DNA of 63,996 nt, filler included, from Octopus bimaculoides (lineage: Eukaryota), in assembly GCF_001194135.2 (NCBI RefSeq). It is 3 parts of 2 records of this genome, joined end to end, with 100 filler letters (N's around TTAATTAATTAA, not from the genome) between each part and the next. Parts side by side here need not be neighbours in the genome. Positions count along the whole stretch, not along the records: positions 19,672 to 50,428 come from NC_068989.1; positions 50,529 to 63,996 come from NC_068989.1; 1 more part is not named here. One strand, written 5' to 3'. Numbering within the stretch: position 1 is the stretch's first letter; each line of letters starts with the position of its first letter. The notes under the pieces were generated by a model. That model was given only the letters and a program-made list of their open reading frames with translations. It did not search any database and was not told where the DNA came from. Made by a program: the position numbers and the translations under genes. This document shows, in pieces, positions 37,572-50,945 of this stretch.

Positions 37572-37975
37572 ATCGTCATCATCATCGTTTAACGTCCGCT
37601 TTCCATGCTAGCATGGGTTGGACGATTTGACTGAGGACTGGTGAACCAGGTGGTTACACCAGGCTCCAATCTGATTTGGCAGAGTTTCTACAGCTGGATG
37701 CCCTTCCTAACGCCAACCACTCCGAGAGTGTAGTGGGTGCTTTTACATGCCACCGGCACGAAGGCCAGTCAGGCGGTACTGGCAACAGCCACGCTCAAAA
37801 TGGTGTCTTTTACGTGCCACCTGCACAGGAGCCAGTTTGGCGGCACTGGCAACGATCTCACTCAAATGTCCTTACACGTGCCACCGGCACAAGTGCCAGG
37901 GAACAGGTGCCATCACGATTTCGCTTTCGCTTGCCTCAACAGGTCTTCGCAAGCCGAGTTTCTGTGTCCAATATT
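37572..37975 (-). mobile_element. RTE 3-prime-UTR-derived repeat with (GAT)n tail
   Basis: tttaacgtccgctttccatgctagcatgggttggac...ctggatgcccttcctaacgccaacc; other copies at 16080-16290 (+), 27325-27486 (-) and 33885-34062 (+). Confidence 0.85.
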
Positions 37976-38409
37976 TACTAGGATTGACAATTGATGATAT
38001 TGTGCAACACAAGAAAGATTTGTATTTCATTGATGTGATGAGGATCAAGATGAAGGATGATGAGGACCGATGATATTGAAGTGAGATTTATTAACGACCC
38101 TTTCTACTATAGGTGCAAGGGCTGAAATTCTGGTGGGAGGAGATATGTGGCTCACATTGACCCCAATGCTCAGCCGGTACTTCTTTCTTCAACCCTGAAA
38201 GGATGGAAAACAAAGTCGACCTTGGTGGACTTTGAACTCAGAACGTTTAAGCCGAGGAAATGCCACTAAGCCTTTTGGCTGGCATGCTAACGATTTTGTC
38301 AACTTGCTGCCTGAAGGATGTTTTAATAACATCCAACTTTTAGAGCATCTACTACTGTTATTGTCATCATTGTTTTAATGTTAATATCTGATTCTTTATG
38401 CTGTCATAG

Positions 38410-38740
38410 TATTGGACAGGTCTACAGTTGGGCCAACTATCCATTTTTCCTCAATCCTGCATCATCATGTCTCTGGTACAACATCTCATGTTTACTTCTA
38501 CTACAGATACCATCCATTATCTTCATCATATCTTTTCACTCAGTATGAACAAAAGATGCGAAAAGAGGATGAATACCAACACAACTGTCTCTATCCTCTT
38601 TCAACTTTCATTCAATTTAGTATCGCATATGTATCAGACCATAACAACTCATTTCTCTCCAGCTTCTACATGCCTTCTACTCCAAACATCTATCTCTCAC
38701 TATGAACATCAAAGAAGATTATGTGTGGCCACTCAGTTGA
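38410..38740 (+). mobile_element. Degenerate CR1-type LINE 3-prime end
   Basis: YFYYRYH...SS and NNSF segments resemble the CR1 ORF2 C-terminus. Confidence 0.45.
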
Positions 38741-39068
38741 GAGCCTTTGTCCCTGAAATCTTGTTGGAGCCTTGGTAAAGGCCTCGCTGAATTTTTTAAT
38801 CTTGCTTATAGCATCCTTGAATAGTTGTTATCCATTCAAATAGACTTAATTTCTATGTTCACCACATTACAGAATATACTCTAATATACAGGTACTCTGA
38901 TAATGGTTTTGCTTTTTCAAGGCCAACAGATGCAAATATTCCCCATCCTATTGTCGAAAAAAGGAAATTAAAATGTAATGTATTTGTATCCATGAGCTGA
39001 AACGTCTTATAATTTGCAACCAAAAAGAAAAAAAAAATATTATAGTTATGAAGGAGTTACCTCCCTTG

Positions 39069-39289
39069 TTAATCTCCTTTCTGAATCAACCTTGATTTAT
39101 AAATTATTGTAGCCATATCCATTCTCATGTAATGCTTTGAACCTTGCTTGTCCCCCTTGTTTAAACGCCATTTTAAATAGTGTCGATGTAATGCTGATTG
39201 AATGACACTAGCTGACAGACATGACGTGTTGGTGCCATCATCTTCGAAATTAATCCTGTAGGGCCAACTGTTGTCTTTGATCACCAGCT
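39069..39289 (-). CDS. Probable terminal coding exon of an unidentified minus-strand gene (ELVIKDNSWPYRINFEDDGTNTSC...RLIQKGD*)
   Basis: Strong acceptor tttttttttcttttgcttacag|AG; 72 sense codons open in one frame, other two frames closed early; non-repetitive, protein-like composition. Confidence 0.55.
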
Positions 39290-39469
39290 CTGTAAGCAAA
39301 AGAAAAAAAAAAGTTAATTTGTACCACAGTCATAATATTGATGTTAATTTTATTTTTCATTCAATTCTCTCTTTCTTATTGATCAAATTTGATTTCTAAA
39401 CATGACAAGCAAGTATTGGTGGTGAAAGCAGTTTAAATTGACCCCAGTACTTGACTGGTAATAATAATG

Positions 39470-39700
39470 GCAGTCTTTCGAGTCCTTGGTGAACAACCTG
39501 CAGAGATGATTTGCTTATAGCGATGAAATGTTAGTGCTATGCATGAACTCGCTCTCCATCAGATAACATTACCTATACAGGTGCAGGGTCTATCACACGT
39601 CACGTGTCGAAGGTATCGCAGAGCGTGAGATGAACACCGCTCGGTTTGGGAATCTTGCGATTGTGAGTACAACAACCTAACTGCTAGGCCTCGCGGCCTT
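39470..39700 (-). mobile_element. Degenerate tRNA-headed SINE of another family
   Basis: gaggcctagcagttagg...actcacaatcgcaagattccc head on the minus strand. Confidence 0.45.
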
Positions 39701-40176
39701 AAACATGTAACGAAAATCTAAGTTGATCTTGGCCGGAAACTGCCATCCTCCTTATTGCTTAGCCATAAGGAAATAGTGTTGAGGAACCGTCAAGACTAGT
39801 GGGAGGAAGGTATCTTCAAACTGGAGACCTTTTGGAAGCTCAAATGCTTGCAACTAAGTGTACTAAAAGCATTCAAGTACTAGGTGGTATAATACTGAAT
39901 TATGTCTACCATCTATAAATTCAGAACATGAAGGACTACAACTAAGTACTACAAGATAACTCGTCCGTCCTTCTATTCATTAATAATCACACCTGCATGA
40001 ACGAGGCAGAGTCGTTAGCACGCCAGAAGAAAATGCTTGACGGCATTTCTTCCAGCTTTATGTTCTAACTTCAAATGTCAACTTTATCATCCTTTCAATA
40101 TTAAGAACTAGGGTCGATGTAATTAGCTTGCCACCCACCCACCAAGATTACCAGCCTTATACCAAAATTTGAAACA

Positions 40177-41336
40177 TCTCTCTCTATATATATAAAATTC
40201 TTTGACTGTCTGTTCCCTATACATTCTCAAACAGCTCCCCCAAATCAAATCAAATTTTACAAGGTAATAGTATTATATTCCGTGAGTGTCAACATGTAAT
40301 TTTTATTTTCATTTGGATTAAAACAATATATAGAGAGAAATAGCCTTTCTATACTCAATTATAGTAAAGGACATTTTATACTACAACGATGACGTCACAT
40401 TTTGTATACGAGTGTATGTTTGCGCATTCGTTATGTACGACATAGTAAAAGACATTTTATAACATGACGACGACACATTTTGTATGAGTGTGTTTGCGCA
40501 TTTGTTATGTAAATGTATGTGAGTATATGTGTGATTGTCAGTTAGACTGATGTAAACTGGCTATGTGAAAGAGCTATACTGGCTCCAACTAATGAAATGG
40601 TTGATAAACTCAATCATGAACTTCTTCAAAAGTTAACAGATACATCAGAAATGACTTTTCCATCAATTCACACATCAGTCGATCAAGATCAGGCTGTTCA
40701 ATACCCTGTTAAATATCTGAACGCACTTAAACCCACTGGGATGGCACCGCATAACTTGAGACTAAAGCTGGATGCTCCCATTATGTTGCTTAGGAATATT
40801 GACCCACCATGCATGTGTAATGGAACTCTATTGTTACTTCCATAAAGCCCCATGTCCTACAGGCGACAATCATAACAGGTAGTCACAAAGAAGAAAATGT
40901 CTTTATTCCAAAATTTCCTCTCATACCTACAGATGTTCCATTTGAATTTAAGACGCTTCAGTTTCCAGTCAAACTAAGTTTTGGTATTTCAGTTAACAAA
41001 TCTCAGGATCAGTCCCTCAAGGTAGTTGAACTTCATCTCCCTACTACATACTTTTCCCACAGCCAACTCCTATGTTGGTTGTACACGAGTTGGAAGCAGC
41101 AACAATTTATTCATTTGGACACCAGCAAAAAATTACACACTGAATATTGTTTACCCTGAGGTGCTTCAAGATCAACAGATTTTCAGTTCTAAATTCTGTT
41201 ATTACAATTTGGATATTTTTTTAATAAAATATAGATATTTTCAAATAATTATGAGAAAAAAATGTCTTCATATTTAATGTTTACTAATCTCAATAAAAAC
41301 AGCAGTAATCCGGGCAACGCCGGGTAATTCAGCTAG
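40177..41336 (+). mobile_element. Non-autonomous Helitron carrying a decayed PIF1-helicase C-terminus
   Basis: a|TC...TATATATATAAAA 5-prime end; NWLCERAILAPTN, HNLRLKLDAPIMLLRN.DPP..CNGT, QFPVKLSF..S.NKSQ.QSL and NIVYPEVL; 3-prime hairpin ccgggcaacgccggg then CTAG (41333-41336). Confidence 0.9.
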
Positions 41337-41717
41337 ATATGTGATATGGAAATAACATATTTTAAGATTTAATACTCAGTTTCTCGTCTACAGCCAGCCT
41401 CAATAATTTAGCATATTTTGAAACCTGGAACAAATTTGTGAACTTCAGCCTTTTAATTTTCAACGTAGTTTGTGTACAAGGGGCATAACTCTGAATTTGC
41501 TTGATTACCTTGACAGGTTACGCTACCAATTCATACTTGTTTAACCCAAGGACAGTCCTGATCGAGTAGGCCTATGATCAAAGGCGTTCTAGTCATGCCC
41601 ACCGTGTTTTTTTTTCAAACATCGTATATCTAGGACTACATAATATTATATAGTTTGAGATGTATACCTTTTTAATGAAGATACAATTTCAGCTTTCTCG
41701 CTTACAAGCGTTTTTTT

Positions 41718-42072
41718 CTTTACTTGTTTCAGTTCATTAAACAGCGGCCATCCTGGGGCATGTCCTTGAAGAGTTTTAGTCAAGCAAATTGACCCCAGTC
41801 CTTTTTTTTTTTCATAAAGGACTGGTACTTATTCTATTGGTATCTTTTGCCGAACCGCTATGTAACAGGGGCGCAAACACACCATCGGTTGAGAAACAGA
41901 CACAAGGGACGGACACACACACGCGCGCGATGGGTTTCTTTCAGCTTCCGTCTACAAAAGCCACTCACAAGGATTTGGTCGACCCGAAGATACCTGCCCA
42001 AGGTGCCACGCAGTGGGACTGAATCCGGAATCATGTGGTTGGGAAGCAAGCTTCCTACCACAAACCCACGCC
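41718..42072 (-). mobile_element. SINE family A
   Basis: Homology to the other family A copies. Confidence 0.8.
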
Positions 42073-42377
42073 TTTTATTTATTCGATAATTTGACATTTG
42101 ATATTTATTTGATAATTTAAAATTTAAGGTATACTTTTTTAATGAACACTAGTGCATTATGGAAGGACTAATAAATCACGTTGTTAATGTATGTATGCGC
42201 TGTTATGTAAATTAGATTGATCGGTTTAGCTGAATCCTAGTTTATATACACTATAAATAATTATTGCCTACTAATCTCAGTGGTAACTACAACAAAGGAC
42301 TAACAGGGCTGACATGGGGCTATACAACATCAACAAATTTATTCTTGCTTAGTTAGAGGAAATCATCGCTTTTCGCA

Positions 42378-42650
42378 TAAGTTTTGTGAGTGAATTAGGG
42401 AGACGGAAACTGTGGACGATCTTCATATGTATGTGTGTGTGTCTTTATATGTTTACTTGTCCCACAGCTTGACAGGTGTTGGTTTGTTTACGTCCCCGTA
42501 AACAAGCGGTTCGGCAAAATGACCGATATAATAAGTACCAGACTTAAAAAGTAGGTACAGGAGTTCAACTTGTTCGACTAAACCCGTCAAGACGGTGCCC
42601 CAGCTTGGCCGCAGTCTAATGACTGAAACAAGTAAAAAGATAAAGAAAAA
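42378..42650 (+). mobile_element. SINE family A, 5-prime truncated
   Basis: Core and tail homology. Confidence 0.75.
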
Positions 42651-45600
42651 CATAGTATAGCTATAAGTTCTTTACAAACTCCTAATGCCACTAAATCTTA
42701 AAATATAATTCCAGGCATTGTAGAACAAATAGCTAGAAGTCCTTGACAAGCACAGTTCACATTGTCTCAAACCTAGAATTCGTTTCACTTACATTGTTAA
42801 TACCACAGAAAGTGGCATGACTATTGCTATCTCACAATTTTCTTTCTCAAAAGAATTGTGCTTCAGTATGAAATATAATGAGCTTCTAGCACAGAGAAAC
42901 TGTACATGATCCACATGTACAGCGTCTTTGTAGATAGTGTTCTTTCACTGTGTTTCTCTGACATTTGAAAATTCCAGCAATGTTTGCAAAAGTATATATG
43001 TAAATAACAAGATATTACTTGTTATTTAGCCATCGTTCAGAAGACTTGTTCTCAAAGGTGTTCCAACGTGACAATCCGTTTTCTTCAGACATAGTGTATT
43101 CAGGATCACGTTATCTAACGTGTGCTTCCTTTTCTTCAGTACGGTCGGTTGTTATTTGAGGGGTAACTTGCTTGCTATTCTTAGCAAGTCCCACGTCCAT
43201 ACAGATGATTCCGCGTTGATTCACTACAACATGATAGTAAGACATAATGGGCGTTGACCTCTTAGAGACAAGAGAGAAATGAGCTGAGTATGATCCATGG
43301 GATGTAGATCATTTACTTATATGAGTGACAGTGCATAGAATGAAATTATAAAGTGCTACAAGAGGAATTGGCCAAACTTCTGCTGAGATTGGAAGGTTTT
43401 CTCTGGAATATCCAGGTATGAGAACTAGGTCTGTCTACCTGCATGCCGTAAAATCCAGCAATGGCTCATATTTTATACAGATGTGCAATGTTTGCGCTTT
43501 GGTAGTTACTCTACATCATGGTCTCAAGAAAGCAAAGTTAGACCATCATCCGAAGTTTTATCATCAATTTTAAGAAAATGTCGAAACTACGTCATGTAAT
43601 CCTTTGCGACCTTTTTCTAGAAAGTTCACGATTTTCATTGAAGCCAAACTTGTACAAAATCTAGATTAATCTGAACATAGCACATTGCCCCTATAACTAT
43701 GTCGACCCACTCACTCCGTGTCGATTAGAGAAGGTGTCGGCCATGGTATTTACCAGGGGACCTGTCTCTATATTTAAAAAAAAATGATAATAAATACCAA
43801 ATTACAAACAAAAAACGAGTTTATAAGAGCTGTGTGTGCGCGCGCATCTAACAGTGCGTTGTCTAATACGAATATGAAGGAAAACACCATTCTACATTCA
43901 GTGAGTTTTGTAACACTGAATGATACTTCAATATTTTATGTATATTACTCAGAGAGACCTGGTTTGACTATCCACGCCCGTGACCACAACATGAGCTCAG
44001 CTTCCTGAATATAATAAAAATGAACTAAATATAAATATCAAATATTAAAAAATCCGACACGCCAGGTGGCTGCTCTTTGCTCTGTTCCTTTCTATTGAGA
44101 AATGATATGTTATGGGATGGTTCACTGTCTTTGAGGAACTATAGAAATAATTACTACGTTCAAACACTCGTGACATACAAGTATTAATACAAATGCTGAA
44201 TGTGTGGGTGTCTTTTGTTCTTTATTGAATATAAATGAGATTATTTCGAACACAATTAGCATTTGTCTGTTCTGCAGACGATCTGATATACAAAAAAAAA
44301 AAAATAATAATCACATACGAACAAATTTAAAAAAGAAATTATACACTAAATACAAAAATAGGAACATTGTTCTACTTCTGCAATGAGTGAACTTAGAATA
44401 GTGTTTGATAAATAAAAATGCCAGAGACTGTAGATAATAACTGGTTCGTTGCTTTGGCAGATTCCGACTCAGAAGAAGAATTAATTAAAAAAAATTTGTA
44501 TCTAAATGTCAATTTAACTTTGCTGAGGGTCACAGCTGGTAGTGAGCAGCTGAGACAGCGTTCAGCTTCCCACTTAAGTTACATATTTATTTAATTACCA
44601 ATTGACGAAGACAACGTCATCTATAGAACGTTACTTAAAACCTATTTAAAACTGGTATCATGTAATAGGCAGTTAACCAACCTGTTTAGAGAATGGGAAG
44701 ATGTAAAACCGAAAATAGCTTATCTGCGTTACTCACACAATTTTTTCCTTTCTCCTTTCTCTTTTCTCCAGTTTGTTAAATGTCAGTTTGACTATGACGG
44801 GGTTTCAACTCGCTGAAATGCCTGTGCAGTCAGGTCTATTAATGAAGGTGTCACAGTAGCCAGTTCTAACCGCGATGATGCCATAGTGGTTATTCAGTCT
44901 GTGGAGATGACGTATTTACAAATGCTAAAATAAAGAGTCAGATATCCAAGTCCATTAGTTGATATTTTATCACTGTCAATGTGATAACGATCATCCCGGA
45001 ACCAAAGAAAAAAAAAAGAAAAGAAAGGAAAAAACGGACTAATATTTTCGATGTTAAATTCCAATGTAAAGTTAAGATTTTGCAAGGGATTACTCTTATG
45101 TGCATGATTGGTGGCCATGGATGATACGGCTGAAATATAAAAAGATGCTGACAAAATTATGCCGTTTGGGATTACTCTGAAAGTCCTCACATATCAACAT
45201 CCGCTTCAATAAATTGTGATGCTGCTTGATTCTGGATGGCTTATATATATATATATATATNNNNNNNNNNNNNNNNNNNNNNNNNNNNNNNNNNNNNNNN
45301 NNNNNNNNNNNNNNNNNNNNNNNNNNNNNNNNNNNNNNNNNNNNNNNNNNNNNNNNNNNNNNNNNNNNNNNNNNNNNNNNNNNNNNNNNNNNNNNNNNNN
45401 NNNNNNNNNNNNNNNNNNNNNNNNNNNNNNNNNNNNNNNNNNNNNNNNNNNNNNNNNNNNNNNNNNNNNNNNNNNNNNNNNNNNNNNNNNNNNNNNNNNN
45501 NNNNNNNNNNNNNNNNNNNNNNNNNNNNNNNNNNNNNNNNNNNNNNNNNNNNNNNNNNNNNNNNNNNNNNNNNNNNNNNNNNNNNNNNNNNNNNNNNNNN

Positions 45601-46249
45601 NNNNNNNNNNNNNNNNNNNNNNNNNNNNNNNNNNNNNNNNNNNNNNNNNNNNNNNNNNNNNNNNNNNNNNNNNNNNNNNNNNNNNNNNNNNNNNNNNNNN
45701 NNNNNNNNNNNNNNNNNNNNNNNNNNNNNNNNNNNNNNNNNNNNNNNNNNNNNNNNNNNNNNNNNNNNNNNNNNNNNNNNNNNNNNNNNNNATATATAAT
45801 GTATGTATGCATGCACGCATTTAATACAGACAAAAGCTAAAGCACTTTTGATGCAATGAAAGTTGAACTTTCATCTTTAAAACACGTTTCTATATTTGAA
45901 TATACATTATTGATCTTTCAACTGAAAAAGTGTTATGATCCCATCTGGTCAATGGTGTGAAACGTGTTCTATGTAACACACTCAATCATTCATTCTCTGA
46001 GATTTAATCAGCACATATCATAGGAGGTGAACGTGTAAAATACGTGTAGTGTGAGATCAAAGATATTGGGACAGGCTGTACATTGAACCAAATAAAGTCC
46101 AAATTATTCATTCACCACAGAATTTTATGTACACTATCTACCCACCTCTGAGAGACAACCTAACTGATTATCCAGTGATGTCCGAGTAGTAAAGAATAAT
46201 AAGCAAGAAATGGTTGATTAGATAGTTCTACATATATTAAGGAAAGCTA

Positions 46250-46620
46250 CACTTGGACATATCTTCAATGTTGTATCGTGAAGTCACTGCCTTGGGTCTT
46301 ACATCGTTTTCCTTCATTCAGGCGAACCAACCTAGGTTGATCAAGCCTAGACTTGTGTCCAAGAGGCACTCTACTGACCCCCACCAATGACCTTTTTCCA
46401 GCCAGACCTATCCTGATGCTTTCTCAACAGCATCTGTGTTATTCGTAATGAATATTCTTCAGCTCACTCTTGTAATGTCCAGGTCTCCATGAGCCTTACT
46501 CGGATAACGAACTACGAGCCCTCAACTTTCGACCTCCACTAGTAAACACTTACCTCTTCCTTGCTGTCTAGCATTTCTATGAAATAATTTAACAGTATAT
46601 TGCTAACTTCAGTACAACAA
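46250..46620 (-). mobile_element. Second Hero-like LINE 3-prime end
   Basis: VEVESRG...DAVEKASG.VWLEK plus a Hero-type tail (ggacacaagtctaggcttgatcaacctaggttggttcgcctg). Confidence 0.7.
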
Positions 46621-46639
46621 CGGTCAAGTTACCAATACA

Positions 46640-46985
46640 TTTTTACTCGTTTCAATCATTGGACTGCGACCATGCTGGGCCACTAATGTCATGGAGTTTT
46701 AGTTGGTCATATTGAGTTCAGTACTTATTTCGGTGCGGTACGATTTTTTTTTTGGGGGGGGGTAACGAAAACCTAGGTTAAGGGATACAAAAGAATAAAA
46801 CATAAAACACAGGTGTAAATGCACACATACATACATATGCAACAGATTCCTGTCAGTCAAACTTCGCATAAGTCCTAGTCAATTCTATGATATAGCAGTA
46901 TATGTTTTTCCCCCAAAAAACATGCTGTAAGGTCGAACCCGTAATCACGTGCTTGTGAACCGAACATCTTAACCACACAGCTCTG
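46640..46985 (-). mobile_element. Degenerate family A SINE
   Basis: Tail (tcattggactgcgaccatgctgg) and head (cttaaccacacag) recognisable. Confidence 0.65.
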
Positions 46986-47059
46986 TTGGCAACCATACGT
47001 TCCTGTTTAATTAATACCATTGTTTGGAAATATAATGATTATATCAAGTTGCGGAAATA

Positions 47060-47258
47060 CAAGGCCTGAAATTTTCTGGGGTAAGAGGTTAGTCGATTAC
47101 ATCAACCCCAGTGCACAACTGGTACTTATTTTATCAACCTTGAAAGGATGACAGACAAAGTCAACCTCGGCTGAATTTGAACTCAGAACATGAAGACGGA
47201 CGAAATGCCGCTAAGCATTTTGCTCGGTGCGGTAACGATTCTGCCAGCTCGCCGCTTG
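47060..47258 (-). mobile_element. SINE family B
   Basis: Full reverse copy; related copies at about 33065-33190, 38105-38315, 40000-40170 (+), 47755-47890, 58130-58330 and 58365-58520. Confidence 0.85.
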
Positions 47259-48014
47259 GTACAAAAAAGAGCAACTGGATTCAGTATGTAAATGTAGTGC
47301 ATATCCGTGTGCGTCTACACATACACACACACACACAATTCAGTAAAGCTAAATAAATGACTCAGAAGCCAAGAGTTCGAGCGTTGCACTCATCAATTTG
47401 AATATGCAATGCACGAAACTCTTGTCCCACTTACGTAGCATTACAATTAAAAAAATAAAAGCTGCAACAGTAATATATCAGATAACAATAATAACGTTCT
47501 CTAACTTTGGCTTATGTCAAAGCGGAAACACGGCGTAGAAGAATGTCTATAAATATCACAATGAAATTAACCTGGTATCCTACCGATTTTAACACCCTAT
47601 CACCGATGTATCGGATGGCAATAATAATATACAATACTAAAGATGCAATATAATTATATTGCGTATCATAAATTATAAATACTGTATTTGTAAGATCGTT
47701 CATTTATAGAAGAGATGCGGGGGTTAGACAAATGCTTCGGCTATGGTATATTATGTATGTTACTGGTACTTAATCTATCGATCTTGTGGGAGGACAGGAT
47801 GAAAGACGGAATCGGCCTTAGCGGAATTTGAACCCAGATCACAGAGAGAAAATTATCACGAAGCACTTTTCTGTTCGTACCAATCCACTAGCGTCATATT
47901 AAATTACAATGACATTCAATAACTTCGCTCTCAGCGGTCTAGGAGGGCTTGTGATATCAATGGGCACAGCGCCTTCTCCTTGATTAATCTTGTTATTAAT
48001 AATTAGATCAAGGT

Positions 48015-48225
48015 GATGAGCTTGCAGAATCGTTAGCAAACTGAGCGAAATGCTTCGCGGTATTTCGCTCATCTCTACGTTCTGAGTTCAAGTTCTGCCG
48101 AGGCCGACTTTACCTTTTTATCCTTTCGGGGTCGATAAAATAAGTATCAGTTGAGCACTGGGGGTCGACGTAATCGACTATCTTCCTCCCCTAAATTTCT
48201 GGCCTTGTGCCCATAATAGAAAGCA
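48015..48225 (+). mobile_element. SINE family B
   Basis: gagcttgcagaatcgttagc head, gttcaagttc B box, ggtcgataaaataagtatcag core. Confidence 0.85.
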
Positions 48226-50382
48226 TTGTTAATAATAAAATAAAAGTTAAAATAAGAATACATTTGCGACAACAGCGAGGAAAAGTACAAACGAACCAAC
48301 AAGAGAAGGCTGCTTTATGTTACATGATCTGTTAAAAATAGCAGTCAAAATCCTTCAAACCATTCATTACTGTATTAAAAAAAATAAAAGGAAAGAACAC
48401 AGATAAAGTAGTTTTTGATATTATTAAAAAGGTGAGCTGGTCTTAGCGAGTAAATCTCAGATCATATATCTGCTCTCGCAAAGCTGACATGGGGCTAAAC
48501 AACAACAGAAGAATCTGAGTTGGTGGGTGGAGGCTAGAGTCTGAGATAAAGATGTTCACAAACGGCAGCATTGTAAATCATCTATAATCGTTACTGTTAT
48601 AGCCTAGAGTCGACTCTGAACGAATAGACTTATTGATCAAAGCCCTTCATTGCTGTGAATATCATGCCTTGATGTAAGGGATTTTGACTGTTATTTTAAG
48701 CAGGTCGACTAGTGAAATGGGAAAAAAAGCAAATGCGTGCCGATGGTATTTTCTACTATTTCTTTTAGCCGCTGCAGTCCTTTGCAGCTCCCTCACAGAG
48801 TAGGTATGATATCACAGTATTTATGATATTCACTCTGCAATATAATATGTCAGGATGTTCTCAGTTGTACGTGATATACAATTAGAAGTTAGTGAGCAGC
48901 TGAAACGGTGTTCATTTTCCAGCTTATATATTTAATTACCAATTGACAAATATAACAACTTATTCTTTTGGTTCATAAACAACATCATCTATAGAACGTT
49001 AGTTAAAACCTATTTACAATTGATATCTTGTAGCTGGCAGTGAACCAACATGTTTTAGAGAATGAGAAGATGGAGGGCCGAAAATAGCTTCACCGCTGCG
49101 TTTCTCGTTTTTATTTATTTATTATTTATTTTCCTCTCTCGCTTTACTCCAATTTGTTTACGGACATTGACATCTAATAGGCATTTACATTCTCTGAAAA
49201 CACCTCACCCACTAATAAATCATATACCTGTGTGTGTGTGTGTTTATACATATATACGTACGCACTCGCATACATACTTACATACACACATAAATACACG
49301 CATACATATAAGCATCAAGCAATATATCATTAGTGAAGGCTTATTACTAGTCAGAATGTTACTGTTGGTTTCGCATCAATATTGCGATCTAGACATTATT
49401 GACGTCCCTTTATAAATATGCTGACCTGAAGTGTATAGCCTCTTTTAGAATTCAGGGAGGGCGTAATGTTATGGACTTCAACCTGAGTGATTCAAAGCGG
49501 AAGAAATGCTACAAAACATCAAACTTGGGGATGTTGGAACGTCCTGAGCCGTATCTGACTGGCGGAGTGGAGAATCATTCTGAAAAAATTCATTCAATCC
49601 AGACGCTTTCCTGAACTCGAAAGCCGAAATTTTGGGTTAGTATCCTCATGAGTGTAAATTCGTCCTGACGACCACGTCCATTTTTGGAGTAGGGAACGCT
49701 ATATATATATATATACAATATATATACGTAGTATATATGAGTTTGATACCTCGCGTTGAAACGCGAATTACTTCACATAGCTATAAGGTTATAGTACACT
49801 TCAGTCACCATGCACCCTCAATGGTTAAATATTTCGCTTAAATGAACTAAAATTTTGCTGCTTATGTTCATATGTATCTCTCTCTCTAATTCTCTCTCCC
49901 TCTCTCTCTCTCTCTCTCTGTATATGTGTGCGCACGTGTGTTTAAAGTTGAACATTCCAGTAAAATATATTTCATGTTATAGCAGGTTACAAATGCACTA
50001 AACTGCAGAGGCCTTTAATACTAAAAGTAGAGGAGATTTTTCTCTGCTCTAGTTTGCTCACTTTTAATTTTTCTTCCAGTAGAATGGAGATTTTATATTG
50101 ATAGAAACGAGAGAGATAGAGAGGAGGAAGGAAGAGACTGGTTCTAAGTGTTCGGATGCACTTGTAACATACCAGAAAATGTGAACAGCTTTTATATTCG
50201 CGAGGCCTGAAATAAATTAACGGTGGGATTTTAAATACAGCTTGGGTCAAAAGTCAACGCACCCAAATTAAAACTCATTTAGTATATATAACATAGCACA
50301 TTTCGAAAATTATTTCTCTAAAACTGAATAAAGTAAATAAAATAATGAAAAATACACGCGTACTCGTACATGATGAGGAAAA

Positions 50383-50428
<46 letters not shown>

Positions 50429-50528
50429 NNNNNNNNNNNNNNNNNNNNNNNNNNNNNNNNNNNNNNNNNNNNTTAATTAATTAANNNNNNNNNNNNNNNN
50501 NNNNNNNNNNNNNNNNNNNNNNNNNNNN
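50429..50528. other. Artificial assembly spacer N44-TTAATTAATTAA-N44
   Basis: Exactly 100 bp, same design as 19572-19671. Confidence 0.95.
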
Positions 50529-50644
50529 TATATATATAAAAATAATATATATATATATATAATATAAAAATAATATATAAATATTTGCATATATCCATAC
50601 ATATATATACATACCTACATCTATATGTATACATACATGCATAT

Positions 50645-50945
50645 ATGGGTGCAGGACATCACAAAAAATGTTAAACACAATGAGAAACGAAAACAGAAAA
50701 CGAACTCTTTTCCGAACAACGAAAAAAAGAGAGAAACGAGATATGCAACATGAAAAATATTTCCCTTCATCAGTTGCCCCCTGTCCATCTACTCCAAGTT
50801 TCAAAAGGAGACGTAAAAAGACTATTAGGCTAAAACAGCCTATCAGATATGGAAGAGATAAGGGAAGTAACAAGAGATTTGCAGGGAAATTTTAAACTTA
50901 AAGATTATAGGGAAGTCAAAATCTCTTAAAACTGAAGAGTGCAGC
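50645..50945 (-). mobile_element. Putative PLE terminal (pLTR-like) remnant
   Basis: Shares GAAAC.T.GAGT...gcaaCTGATGAAGG with 59600-59790. Confidence 0.4.

Noticed and set aside
45096-45840. Long ORFs of 190-380 aa here and at 50.9-52.1, 55.2-55.9, 60.4-61.5 and 62.2-63.0 kb
   Set aside because: They are open only because they run through N gaps.
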